A stretch of 64,000 nt of DNA from Haliotis rubra (lineage: Eukaryota). A model generated the notes under the pieces. It saw only the letters and a program-made list of their open reading frames with translations, did no database searches and was not told the origin of the DNA. Each line of letters opens with the position of its first letter. Within the stretch, counting starts at the first letter, position 1. The translations under genes and the position numbers were made by a program. Of this stretch, positions 51,460 to 64,000 are shown piece by piece. The DNA lies in assembly GCF_003918875.1 (NCBI RefSeq), contig NW_025766814.1, positions 806,001 through 870,000 on the forward strand, read 5' to 3'.

Positions 51460-52989
51460 ATATCCTCATAACAGAACCTTTTGCCCATAATGCCTAACTT
51501 ACTGTTATCAGTCAAGATCCAGCGAAATAAAAACAATGGCTGCCAAAACTCTGTACTCTTTCCATCCTGCGAAAGTGATAAATACAAAAGATGTATGATT
51601 GAAAATATATGTACATGATTCCGGCAGGGTTGTTAGCATGGCATGTCCTGAATCAGAAATCTATTAGGAAAACACTCAGTAGGAGAATCCCTGGCTCCAA
51701 AGCAACAAGTAAAATTCATAATTGTATTTAAGGAACAGCACTGACATGTGGCAACAAGAATTTATCATGTCTAACAAAGAATCAAATATAGATTTCTCTA
51801 GTTGATGCTCGTATTTGATAAGATCATTCTTTGAAGCTCATCATCACAAATATATGAAAATGATAACATAAGGGTTCTCTTATTGATGATTGTGGTACCG
51901 ATTGAGTTCCTAAAACCGCCTTTAGCAAATTATAACATCACACAATGCTCTTTGCATGACCAACTGCTTTGAGCAACAAATACATACTGTTCCCGGTTGA
52001 GACCAAGAAACCTTATGTAGTCCTCAAGTTAAAGAAGAATCAATTCATTCCTATTACAATATTTAATCAGGTATTAACACATAATCTTTAGTCCGGAATT
52101 CTGTGTTGTTTAACTTCTTCTCTGCAGTATATATCAATAGAGATAATATGGATTGTTTTGTTGACGGTTTCATAAGGCAAACTTGTTCAGCGACTTTGAC
52201 AATAAAAGGATGGAAAGGAAATAAACCACCATTTGATTTCAATCTATTTTCTGCTGGACACAAGATCGATAAAAATTGAGAGAAGTTCCCAGTTTCAGTG
52301 TAAATACGAAGGGTGTTTTCTTATTGTGATGCAATATCTCAAAACCACTTGACAGGGAAGTAATAAAGAACTCAAGTGCTTGTCAATCAGAATTTCCACT
52401 AATGAGAAAACAACGACCTGTCAAAATTATTTCACCAACATTTGTCCTAGTCACAAGACAAAAAAAAGAGAATTATCAATGGGTTGTAAAATCGAGTTTT
52501 TGATTCAATAACTCAACTGAAGTGGAAAGGAATGTGGTTTTTCATATTTATTCTCCACAAAACAACACCCATCCACAAAAACCTACAAAGATCAATTCAA
52601 GAGTAAAAGATTTTCAATTTCCGATTGTTCACGAGAAAAACACTCATGTACGAAGACCAAATTTCCTTTTTAGTTCCATTGCAAAGGCTGCAAGTTTTTA
52701 TCGGCATAGAAAGTAAAGAGGAATACGCTAGTTGAGAGGTACTCAGAAACTGAGATTAGTTTAGAGATTGTTTTCAACTGTCATTTCCAATGGACATGAA
52801 ATTCAATCACATTGTAATGTTATTGTTTCAAAAAATATTAAATTAAAGCTAATCAAATTTTTACCATAAATCAAGTCATGAAATCAGAATGCTGGAAAGA
52901 ACATTAAATAGGACGAGAAGAGTATGAAGTGCTATCAAACTCATTGTCGGTCTAGCAGAGCGTGGGAAATTTAATTCTGTTGAGAGTTG

Positions 52990-53180
52990 TTCAGGTTGTT
53001 GTATTTGTGTAATCTGCAGTGTCCTGAAGGAAGTTGTGTAGGGTGGTGGAGATCATCTTGTTGCACTGAACATCTCTACATGTTTCAGGTTGTTGTATTT
53101 GTGTAATCTGCAGTGTCCTGAAGGAAGTTGTGTAGGGTGGTGGAGATCATCTTGTTGCACTGAACATCTCTACATGTTTC
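52990..53180. repeat. Perfect 94-bp tandem duplication
   Basis: 52990-53083 equals 53084-53177, with TTC junction microhomology. Confidence 0.95.
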
Positions 53181-53196
53181 TGTGAGTGTGATGTAC

Positions 53197-54395
53197 ATGC
53201 AATGCTTGCTTGTACATGTCTCACGGCTCTGTAACAGCGCTTATCTGACCTAGACTGTTACAATGCCTGTTAGATTTATCTCTTACAATGCTTGTCTGAT
53301 TCAGGCTTTGCTACAATGTTTGTCTGATTCAGTCTTGGTTACAATGCTTGCCTGATTCAGTCTCTGTTACAATGCTTGTCTGATTCAGTCGCTGTTACAA
53401 TGCTTGTCTGATTCAGTCGCTGTTACAATTCATGTCTGATGAGGCCTCTGCAACAGTGCTTGTCTGACTTGGTCTCTGTTACAGTGCTTGCCTAACAGAG
53501 ACTGTTACAGTGCTTGTGTGACTCTTTCTTTGTTACAGTGCTTGTGTGACTCTTTCTTTGTTACAGTGCTTGTGTGACTCTTTCTTTGTTACAGTGCTTG
53601 CCTAACAGACTGTACAGTGCTTGTGACTCTTTCTTTGTTACAGTGCTTGTGTGACTCTTTCTTTGTTACAGTGCTTGTGTGACTCTTTCTTTGTTACAGT
53701 GCTTGTGTGACTCTTTCTTTGTTACAGTGCTTGTGTGACTCTTTCTCTGTTATAGTGCTTGTGTGACTCTGACTTTGTTACAGTGCTTGTGTGACTCTTT
53801 CTTTGTTACAGTGCTGTTACAGTTGTGTGTGTTCTTTTGTTACAGTGACTAACACAGACTGTTGCAGTGCTTGTGTGACTGACTCTGTTACAGTGCTTGT
53901 TACAGTGCTTGTGTGACTGCTTTCTTTGACAGTGCTTTCTTTGTTGTTACAGTGCTTGTGTGACTCTTTGTTACAGTGCTTGTGTGACTCTTTCTTTGTT
54001 ACAGTGCTTGTGTGACTCTTTCTTTGTTACAGTGCTTGTGTGACTCCTAAGTGCAGACTGTTACAGTGCTTGTGTGACTCTTTCTCAGCTACAGTGCTTG
54101 TGTGACTCTTTCTTTGTTACAGTGCTTGTGTGACTCTTTCTACAGTGCTTGTGTGACTCTTTCTCTGTTACAGTGCTTGTGTGACTCTTTCTTTGTTACA
54201 GTGCTTGTGTGACTCTTTCTTTGTTACAGTGCTTGCCTAACAGACTGTTACAGTGCTTGTGTGACTCTTTCTCTGTTACAGTGCTTGCCTTACACAGACT
54301 GTTACAGTGCTTGTGTGACTCTTTCTTTGTTACAGTGCTTGTGTGACTCTTTCTCTGCTACAGTGCTTGTCTGATTCAGACTTGGTTACAGTGAC
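53197..54395. repeat. 28-bp minisatellite (GTTACAGTGCTTGTGTGACTCTTTCTTT), ~40 copies
   Basis: Period 28 (53641 to 53669); a diverged variant occurs at both ends. Confidence 0.96.
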
Positions 54396-56553
54396 TGTGT
54401 CAGTCACATTTATAGTCTTAGTTGTCTTTCATACCCACAGAAAGGCGTACAATATAAGTTTGAAACGAAACTTAACTTTTATATGCTATGTTCAATTGCA
54501 TTTTCGATCAAGCTGAGATTATAACACATATGTATTGTAACATTGACACAAATTGATACATAACGCTAATACTTCAATACTTTAACACAAATATATCAAA
54601 AATACATATATATGAAAGATCAGATTCAGATTCATAAAACAATAACCAAGATCATATGAATTTAACAAGAACACGAAACTGTTTCAAACTATGGTCATCA
54701 GATGAAATATTAATGTCACCAGGCCACAAGGATATGAAGTCAGTTGTAAAAGTCATAACAGTATACTAACAACCAAATAACCATAACACCTTCCCACCAA
54801 AGTTGAAAGGCTACAATGATGGTCGACTGATATTTAGTCTGGAAATAATAACAGTGATATACCATCTCCCTGTCTGATACTGTCTGTCACACATGGAACA
54901 TAAAGTTTACGTAGACAATTATTTCTGCAGCAAATATTAGTCGAACTCATGATACATTTGTCATTTACTCTAGTACCTTTTATCCCTGATTGCTTGAGCA
55001 TGGTAATGTCGACACTAAGATGATTGATGCTGTGTACACTCACTCACTCACTCACTCACTCTGACATCAAATTACTTCCTGCAGTTATGTTTTTTTCACA
55101 AATTAATAAAACATTCTTTCTGGGTTTATTTTCTGACTTCTTACAGGTGTGGTAAATTAATTGCAAACTTCTAGGCTTACCAAAGGCTTGTTGTTTTCAT
55201 ATACTGCTCATTAATTGCAAACTGTCTGAAGACCTTTATATAATTAATTCCCTTAGGCAAAACATTTGGTTTGGATGTCAGAATCTTATGTTACATTCTT
55301 GCTGTACTTGTTTTGGTGATGAACATATGTAGGGAAACTGACTGAGCTATAATTCCACTGCAGTCTGCACAAGCATCACCGAATTCGAGAGACGTCATCT
55401 TCAGCATATTCCATTGTAGCCAGCATGAGATACAACACAACTTTGTGGTTGGCAGAGACATGAGATCTATTGCAACTGGCAAGACCTACAATAAATCTAC
55501 AATAAATATATTCATACAGTCATCCTCAGCTATAACGATTCAAATTCTCAAATTCAGTCTGCATGAGCTACAATAATGTGTGAAGCAGATTTCTTGTGTC
55601 CCCTGCTGGTATACTGCTAAAAGATGCATAAAACCCCACTCACTCACTCACATATCAAATTAGATTTCGCCTCTCTCATCCCAAGACACTGTGACATTGT
55701 ATACCCTCGATGCCAAAGAGGCATGAGTTAAAAGTAAAGGTGACAGTCAAAGAGTAATTTTACTTCCTCTGATTTAATAACCAATAAGACGTCATCTTCA
55801 AGGCAACAGTACTTCCCTGAGCCAACTCTGGAAACTTACACCTACAAAGAATACAATATTCTGTATTCAAAATAGGACTAGTATGACAAAGAAACAAATG
55901 ACATTTGAAACATAAAGCACAACCATTATTTTATTATTTTCAGAAAGCCAGCATATGGCCTAATCTTGAGAGTTTATAAAATATTCATTTCTTCATATCA
56001 CTTCAGCTAGTTGTGGGTATGATAATAATTCTCTCGCCATTATGCAGCTGGCTGATGCATTTCTTCCTTCAGTGAATGTGACATAGACAAGTTGTTACAA
56101 CTGTTGCTAAGAGACCAACGAACTTAAATAATGAATAAAGAGCAAGATAAAAATTCATGACGTGATGCATACATCATTTCAAAATGCAATTATGAACAGG
56201 AAGACATTTTGTTGTGGTATGAACTCCTGTTCTCATGAATACAAAATGTCAAGAGAATATAAAATGTCAACAATCTATGTTTTAACTGTAAATCAACATC
56301 TTGTGAGGGACCTTAGAGAGCATACTTTTTAATCCTGATGAGGAATCATACATTTTTATTACCTTGAACATTTTACATTTCAATAATCATATCTTGGTCA
56401 TGCAGGCAAACGGCTCATGGACAGCAGTGTAAGTAATGATTCTCTGTTTGGGGTATTGTGAAGGTTGGATCTACATTGTTAATGTGTATTCCTTATAAGT
56501 GGGCGGTTTCACTGAGCATGGACAAATGAGGAATTCCGTAACTCTAAGCATCA

Positions 56554-56798
56554 GTGAGTTTAGTTTTACACCACACTCAACAATATGCCAGCTATATGAT
56601 GGCGATCTGTAAATAATCGAGTCTGAACCAGACAATCCAGGGATCAACAGCATGAACTTTTGATCTATGCAAGTGGAATACAGTGACATGCATCAACCAG
56701 GTCAGCGTGGCTGACCACCCGATGCCCGATCCCGTTAATCACCTCTTCCAGCAAGCATGGGCTACTGAAGACTGATTGTAACCCAGATCTTTACGGTT
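56554..56798 (-). mobile_element. SINE-A, full length, diverged
   Basis: TSD ctctaa(g/a)catca. Confidence 0.92.
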
Positions 56799-57094
56799 CT
56801 CTAAACATCAAGGTAGTTGAGTAAAATGTCAGTGCTAAAAAATACTGAGTTTTGATTATTTTGACGTTGATCAGTTTAGAATATCTGCCGAGTCTACTGA
56901 GTGTAAAAACCAAACTGTGGTGACATATATATAAATAGATGACTTATCAGGAGGGGTTTATAGACATCAGCATATCCTATTACACATACAGCATCCACCA
57001 CAGACATATAGTTAGTGTTTGTTGCCTGATACCATGTAGCAATGCTCCTACTATACCTGATGATGGCCTGAAACAAGTCAGGGCAAGAATATTC

Positions 57095-57700
57095 AGTGAT
57101 AGTAAATATGGATCAGATAATCAAATCAAGTGATAGTGAATATGGATCAGATAATCAAGTGAAAGTGAATATGGATCAGATAATCAAGTGATAGTGAATT
57201 TGGACCAGATAATCAAGTGATAGTGAATATGGACCAGATAATCAAGTGATAGTGAATTTGGACCAGATAATCAAGTGATAGTGAATATGGACCAGATAAT
57301 CAAGTGATAGTGAATTTGGACCAGATAATCAAATGATAGTGAATATGGACCAGATAATCAAATTAAAGTGAATTTGGACCAGATAATCAAGTGATAGTGA
57401 ATATGGATCAGATAATCAAGTGAAAGTGAATATGGACCAGATAATCAAGTGATAGTGAATTTGGATCAGATAACCAAATGATAGGGAACGTGGATCAGAT
57501 AATCAAGTGATAGTTAATATGGACCAGATAATCAAGTGATAGTGAATATGGATCAGATAACCAAATGATAGGGAATATGGATCAGATCATCAAGTGATAG
57601 TAAATATGGACCAGATAATCAAGTGATAGTGAATATGGATCACACAATCAAGTAATAGTGAATATGGACCAGATAATCAAGTGATATTGAATATGGACAT
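57095..57700. repeat. 29-bp minisatellite (GTGATAGTGAATATGGACCAGATAATCAA), ~20 copies
   Basis: Period 29 (57181 to 57210). Confidence 0.97.
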
Positions 57701-59928
57701 ACATAGCAACAACACATTAAAACATTTAAAGGTCTTACCCTCCTATCTCACTGAACAAATTTCTCCTACTGATTCCAACATTGAACACATCCCAGTATGG
57801 AATCCTCATCCCAATTTATGTCATTCGATCTAATACTCTCCCAGTCCAGAACAACATATACTCTCCTTCACAAAGTCTCAAACAGTCTAAAAAGTTATTT
57901 TTATCTGACACTTTCAACAACTGACATTTTAATGTCAAAAAGACACTTCTGTGACCTTGCTAATCGGTCTGCACCTTGCAATCATGGGATCAATGGTAAA
58001 TTTTGGCTGGAACTAAAATGTCAGATTCCATAGGGTCAGATAAAGGTTCCAAAATAGCTTTCTTTTACCATGTTATGACAGCAGGAGCAGAAATAGATCA
58101 ATAATTGGTTGCAATGGGACAAGTTCCAGCCATAATTTTGTGCCACTTGCGCAAATTATTCTGAACTTTGCACACTTCACAGTTCAAATTTTCTAGCAGG
58201 ACAAAAATAAACTGTGGGATCTGCATATATATACCAAGAGCAAAAAGTGCCTGAATTACTTGGATAAAATTAGATTAAGCGAAAGCAGGTGAAAATCAAT
58301 TAGCAGAAGAAACCTGAATGAGAAATTAAATATTTTTTTCTAGGATTATTTTAGTCCAGCAAAAAGTCACTGTTGAAAGTGTAAAGGTGTTACTTTTTAA
58401 AAGTGCATTGATAATTTATCTCGTAGTGTTTATTCATGAATTAGAAAAAGTTCTTATATGTTTAAAATTACATTATCAACTTGAACACTGGTCAGTATTA
58501 TTCAGGAAAAAATCTAATTTCAATACAATATGAAATTCATTTTCATAATTGTACTGATACTAGAAACCTAAGTGAATTATTCAATCAAATCTCTAAAATC
58601 AATGCACATCACTTCACAAGGAGGCGTTTTTGTTTAAATAACAGCATCAGTGTATGAACCATTATAGCATGTTAAACTAAAGCAAGATTAAACAATCATC
58701 AACAAATAGTTTCATATCATGGATGATCATGATCATGAATATATGAAAAGACCAAGTTTACCCAAGCCCAACAAGAGTTGTAAAATCCACAACCATTAAA
58801 ACGGTCCCAGCTTGTAATCCATAGATTTTCAATTCACGGGGAAGGATAAATGAGCCTGAGCATTAATCAAAATGTCAGAACATCCCACTGGAATTCGACC
58901 ACTCAATGAATTTTACAACAATAATCTATCAATAGTATTTGGAGACATATTCCCATTGATCTGAATATGTAATTCCTGATAAACTTGAGGAAGTAATGTT
59001 TTAACTTTTTCAGTGTGTGCATTCATGTAAAATCAGAACTCCAACCTGATCGTGTGATGAAAAACAAACAAATTTTGGAAGTACAAAAAAAGTGTGAAAA
59101 AAACACCTTGCTTATTGATTCTTGTTGTGCAGAGAAATTAAGCTGTCAAGACTTAGACGGAATTCGGCTTCTTTTTGAGTGATTTTTCCTTAAAACACGC
59201 CAAACTGCAATTTCATGTAGTGTTCTCTTGTACCGACATTGCAACTTGACGTGGTCTTGAAATGACATCTAATTGATTTCAGGCAAATGGCGACCTTCCA
59301 ACCTAATTTTGATTTAAGAAATGTTTAACTTCAATCATTAAGTATTAACTGATGCTCTGAAATTGAACATGCCACAATTGTCTTAAACTATTTTGTCAAT
59401 TGCACAGTTCCTAAAACTGGGGTTCCTAAAAAGCATTCTGAAGGCTAATTGTTGCAAAGAATGGATTTCTTTCCGTTTCCAGTTTGACAAATTAGTGCTT
59501 GTTTGTTATTTTTAATGACAGTTGATATCAGAAAAATTGGAATCAATTTCAAACAATGAAATCAATTTCACTGAAAAAATTAAATCTTTTCATTACCGCT
59601 GAATCAATAGATATTTGCATTCCTGATTTTATCACGATTAGTAATGTTGTCAGAGTGGTAGTTGTACATCTTTAAAATTCAACATCTAACATGTAAACAG
59701 TGAGTGTTATTCACAGTGATCTCAGATCATGTTTCAGGCTGCATGAATACATTATAATTAAAATTGCTCAATAAATCATTTTAGAATCTACAAGTTTGAA
59801 TTCTAATTTTGATATATAATTTGCAAATAAATAATTATTTAAATACATAATAGAGTATTAATTCATAAACTATCAATCTAATAGTAACAATTTCTTGTGG
59901 GCACCATATGATATAATGCAAAACAAGA

Positions 59929-60201
59929 GTGAGTGAGTGAGTGAGTTTAGTTTTACGCCGAACTCAGCAATATTCCAGCTATATGGCAGCGGTCTGTAAA
60001 TAATCGAGTCTGGACCAAACAATCCAGTGATCAACAGCATGAGCATCGATCTGCGCAATTGGGAACCGATGACATGTGTCAACCAAGTCAGCGAGCCTGA
60101 CCACCCGATCCCGTTAGTCGCCTCTTACGACAAGCATAGTCGCCTTTTACGACAAGCATGGGTTACTAAAGACCAATTCTAACCCGGGACCTTCACGGGT
60201 C
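59929..60201 (-). mobile_element. SINE-A, full length, young, duplicated-hairpin variant
   Basis: Perfect 12-bp TSD tgcaaaacaaga at 59917-59928 and 60202-60213; CpGs retained. Confidence 0.97.
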
Positions 60202-61123
60202 TGCAAAACAAGAAACATTGTCTTGCCTTTGCATGTCTTTGTGCTGGTGCTATCAGAGGGACAGGATACACTGACCTTCTTACACCCAGATTCCTAATTT
60301 TTGATCGATCAACAGATTCTGATGACATAGTTGTAACTGACAAATGCTCATTTTTAACAGGGGAATTCTTAGGATTATGGAAAGGGTTTTGTTCCTTTTA
60401 TAGCCAGATGAGTTCTTTCAATTAACATCCAACCAGATCCTGCTGGACATAGACAATTAAAATTCCGTACCAAGTTTAGTATGAATGCAAAGGTTAACAG
60501 AATCCTGTCTCAGGCAGGCTAACTTGCGTTTCCTCATTGCCCTCTGGAATCGGTCTTCTTCGACATATCGCAACAAAGTAATTGGCTGCTTTCCCATGAC
60601 AGACTTTGGCCATATAGGCTATGACAGAATGGCCCGTTGGGAAATTTGGCATAACAGGTTATATCATAGTATATATGATCAATATTATTTGTTCACTGTG
60701 TCACGTATAGATATTGGTGGTAAGGTAACTTTTTATGTGTTTTGGTCATTATGGGTTTCACTAAGGCGAAAAAATATATGGGCACTTGGTTAGTTGAATA
60801 TGAAGCTGTCATGGACCTTGGAATGTGGTGTCTATGGCAGTTCCTTGTAGACCTCATTTCTTTCTGTTGGTGTTGCTCATTCTGGGTTTATTAAGATGAA
60901 GGACTGAAGCCACATTTGCTGTGAAAATTTGACCCATTTTGAGATTCGGATGGTTATTGGTGATAACAAAACCTACCATAGTAATTGCTGCAAGAACTGT
61001 GAGTCACCAACTTTACGTCTTGGTGATCATAGTTCAACTGTAGGTTTTTCAAACTTCAGAGTGACCATGTTAAATGTAACAGACTATGCTTGTGTAGTAT
61101 AGAACACCAGTGCAAAATAAGAC

Positions 61124-61221
61124 TGACTGACTGAGTTTGGTTTTACGCCGCTTTTAGCAATATTGCAGCAACATCACGGCGGGGGACACCAGAAATGGGC
61201 TTCACACATTGTGCCCATGTG
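61124..61221 (-). mobile_element. SINE-B, 5'-truncated at insertion, CAGT subfamily
   Basis: Perfect 12-bp TSD gcaaaataagac at 61112-61123 and 61222-61233. Confidence 0.95.
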
Positions 61222-62493
61222 GCAAAATAAGACCTATTCTAGACTATCCTATGAAACAAATGCTTTTTGGTGTAAAGGGAAAAGTAGCTGAGAAAATTAC
61301 ATGACTGGATCATTGAAAATTGATGACACCAGGTGTTCACAAAAAGGGCAAGCATGTAACAAATGCTTCTTTTATTGAGGTCTACAATATTGTAACCCCT
61401 CTTTTAAAAATCTTGCTATGTGTTCAAAATTCCTTAAAAATAATTGAGTGCTTAAAAAAGTAAACAAGTCTACAAAAAATGATATTAAAGTATCATTAAG
61501 GGAAGATAATGTATTCTGTTCATAAAACATTTGCATAATATCATGCAAACTACCTGAAGAAAATATCAATTTTTATGAAATGTAGTAAAATTCAACAAAT
61601 TGTTAACGTCATTTTACCTAATTGCTTGTTGCCTATGGCAACACCTGTCACCCGATCCACTGTTTTACACTGCACAGATTTATCAGGTATGTGACAATGA
61701 GACAGACAAAGGTTCTAGTGATCAAAATCTTCTCTCTGTGTTCAATGATCACTTACAAACCTGAGTGTTGCCATCAATCGGTAGACACAGTATCGCTTTA
61801 CAAAACTACAATGATGTCATCGCAGATAGGATAACATCGTTTGTTTCTGCGAGATTCAAGCAGTTGGGCTCTTGTGACAACTTAGAGATAAATCCGTCTG
61901 CATCAACATGAATTGCGATCAAAGAAATCCAGAACCGAGAGAAATTGATATTCTATTAAATAACACAAATACAAGAAGGAGTATTTCCACATCACAAGGC
62001 ATTATGAGCTTAGAAATAGAATACAACATGTTGTGGTAAATATTGACAAGAAGAATTTTTTAACAAAGGAGACAGGGATTGTGAATATTTTGAGGATATT
62101 TTCTTTTTGTAGTGAAGTCTGAAATATTAACAGACAGGATCATAGAAGACCTTGACTTACGTCAGTTCATAAAATGATGTCGATAAACTACCACAACTAT
62201 GACAGTGAGGTGCTAGGAAATATAGTTTTACACATCAAAATGACAATGTTGCTTGCTCTCCATTTGACTTTTATGACAGCATGTCAGAAATGGAAACAGT
62301 AACTTTACACATTTACAATATTTTCTCAATGAAACGTTTTGTGACAGATTTACTAGACTGGCATAAGGAACTCATGATAGAGTGAAGCATGGTTTCATGC
62401 TTCCAAGTTATTTACATTATAACATAAGTTTTGATAAACACTGCTTCTAATCCATGTTGGCGATTAGGATTTTGTAAATGCAAGTCATCAGTG

Positions 62494-62694
62494 AGTGAGT
62501 GAGTGAGTGAGCGAGTGAGTAAGTGAGTGAGTGAGTGAGTGAGTGAGTTGGGATTTACAAGGATTTTAGCAATATTCCAGCAATATCAAGGGACCAGAAA
62601 TGGGCTTCACACATTGTACCCATGTGGGGAATGGAACCTGGGCCTTTGACGTGACGAGCGAACACTTTAACCACCAGGCTACCCCACCGCCCCT
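62494..62694 (-). mobile_element. SINE-B with expanded (CACT)n tail
   Basis: Perfect 13-bp TSD caagtcatcagtg at 62481-62493 and 62695-62707. Confidence 0.96.
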
Positions 62695-62769
62695 CAAGTC
62701 ATCAGTGCTAAAGGATACCCATCCTGACTATCCTCAGAAACAGAGTACATTTGTAGTGAAGGCAAAATA

Positions 62770-62862
62770 GTGAAGATTATTTCAATGGATCTTGGAAAAT
62801 CATTGATGACACCAGGTGTTCATGGAAAGGGTAAGCACGTCCGGCCCTACTGGTAGCACCAC
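62770..62862 (-). repeat. Dispersed ~80-90 bp motif (also at ~30865-30945, ~39570-39657, ~61280-61357)
   Basis: Core tgatgacaccaggtgttca is identical at 30905, 61321 and 62804; variant tgatgatatcaggtgttcg at 39601; the flanks are similar. Confidence 0.8.
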
Positions 62863-64000
62863 CATTCACACAGTTAGACAAAATACGTATACAATCACAG
62901 CACAACAATGCCACAAAACAGTTGCCTCCGAACAAAACAGAAAAACAAGTTATCATGGATCACGCTTCCAGTCGTCACATTATAAATACAATTGTAAAAA
63001 TACATCCTCCAAAATATTTAAGGTCCAGAATACTTTTGTTCAGTACACAGAAGTCTGAAGAACATAGAATATACCATAAAACCCTTACCAGTTTTAGAGA
63101 AGGAATTAGAATGGCTTTCCACACAATGAAACAGCATCTTCTTAACAAAAGCACATCCAGCCACTGTACCTCACTTGATTAGGCATAATTATTTGGATTA
63201 GGTGTTTAGTCCAGTGATAGCTTTGTAGAAGTATATAGTTTAATATAAGAACACTTTTTATTTAATTTGACTCAAAATATAAGGAATGGTCTATTTCAAA
63301 ATGATGCTATCATTCACAAAACTTCTCTCTATTCATTAAGATTTATGTCTTTCCCACATCAAGCAGAAACAAATGATAATTTGCCAGATCTTGAAAGTTT
63401 TAAGCTAAGAATTTGGGGGACCCTGACAGTATAATTACCATGATATATTAGATCGTCTCTCGCCAAGAGTTACGGCCCTCTTCAGAGTAGAGAGGTTGTT
63501 AATTTGAAGCTTTAAGGTAACAAGAAAGAATATTTAAATGTTTAAATTTCATTTAATCAAAATTATTATAAATAAAAAAAGTACAGTCACCAAACTGAAT
63601 TTGAGATTTAAATGTCTTGAAGAAATTAAATATGCAAAGAGGAAAAATATAAAAGTTACAAAATCAAATTAAGGAAAAGTATGTCCGCGAATTTCAAATT
63701 TACTGTGCAAATTTTGCATAATGTTTTCTATAAAAATTGATATCAACATTGCTTGTGGAATGAATTCAAAATCAAAATGAATGGTATTAACTTGATAGAT
63801 GCTAACATGCACTTTTTATAAAAGAGCTTTCAAAGAAGAATTGGTGAGCAATTCTTCAATTGTTGCTTTGATCTTTCCCCGTGTAGTTAAAACAGATGAA
63901 CACGGATGCCAGAGCTGTTTTGTTGTCTGTGTAGTCTCAGAACACATGCACCTTATAATCGAGCGATCTAGAAAACAGTGCATCAGCATGAGTGACGCTT

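Noticed and set aside
57050-57090. CTGATGA-tggcct-GAAAC-aa-GTC hammerhead-like string
   Set aside because: No helix II can form in 6 nt and helix I does not pair; likely chance.
62765-62835. Peptide NGSWKIIDDTRC with a gtaagc donor, reminiscent of a ubiquitin-protease His-box flank
   Set aside because: In-frame stops lie just upstream, the Trp is not kept in other copies and the core lacks synonymous variation in three copies; better explained as a repeat.

Overview
This is eukaryotic (animal) non-coding DNA: AT-rich, CpG-depleted, with a 195-N assembly gap at 4362-4556. I can support no protein-coding exon. The longest ORFs lie inside tandem repeats or SINEs, so the window is probably a large intron or intergenic region. 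The repeats point to a mollusc, probably an abalone-like gastropod; this comes from recognising SINE domains from memory, not from a search. Contents: (1) about 13 copies plus fragments of a ~245-270 bp Meta-domain SINE with no tRNA head (called SINE-A here). (2) About 14 copies plus fragments of a ~170 bp tRNA-Asp-like SINE (SINE-B). (3) V-domain SINEs, Nin/Deu-domain SINE relics and one other tRNA-derived head. (4) A probable LINE 3' end sharing the SINE tail. (5) hAT-, Tc1/mariner- and Ginger1-like MITEs. (6) About ten unrelated minisatellite arrays (19, 22, 28, 29, 39, 39, 54, 58, 72 bp) and a GT-rich compound array. Most notable: a TSD-bounded head-to-head pair of Penelope-type minimal hammerhead ribozyme motifs joined by 19 nt copied from nearby DNA (36.8 kb); a precisely defined, covarying structured 5' end on promoter-less SINE-A (candidate self-processing RNA); a SINE-primed ~310 bp templated duplication across 12 kb; and a four-copy dispersed motif resembling a Penelope-like element 3' region.
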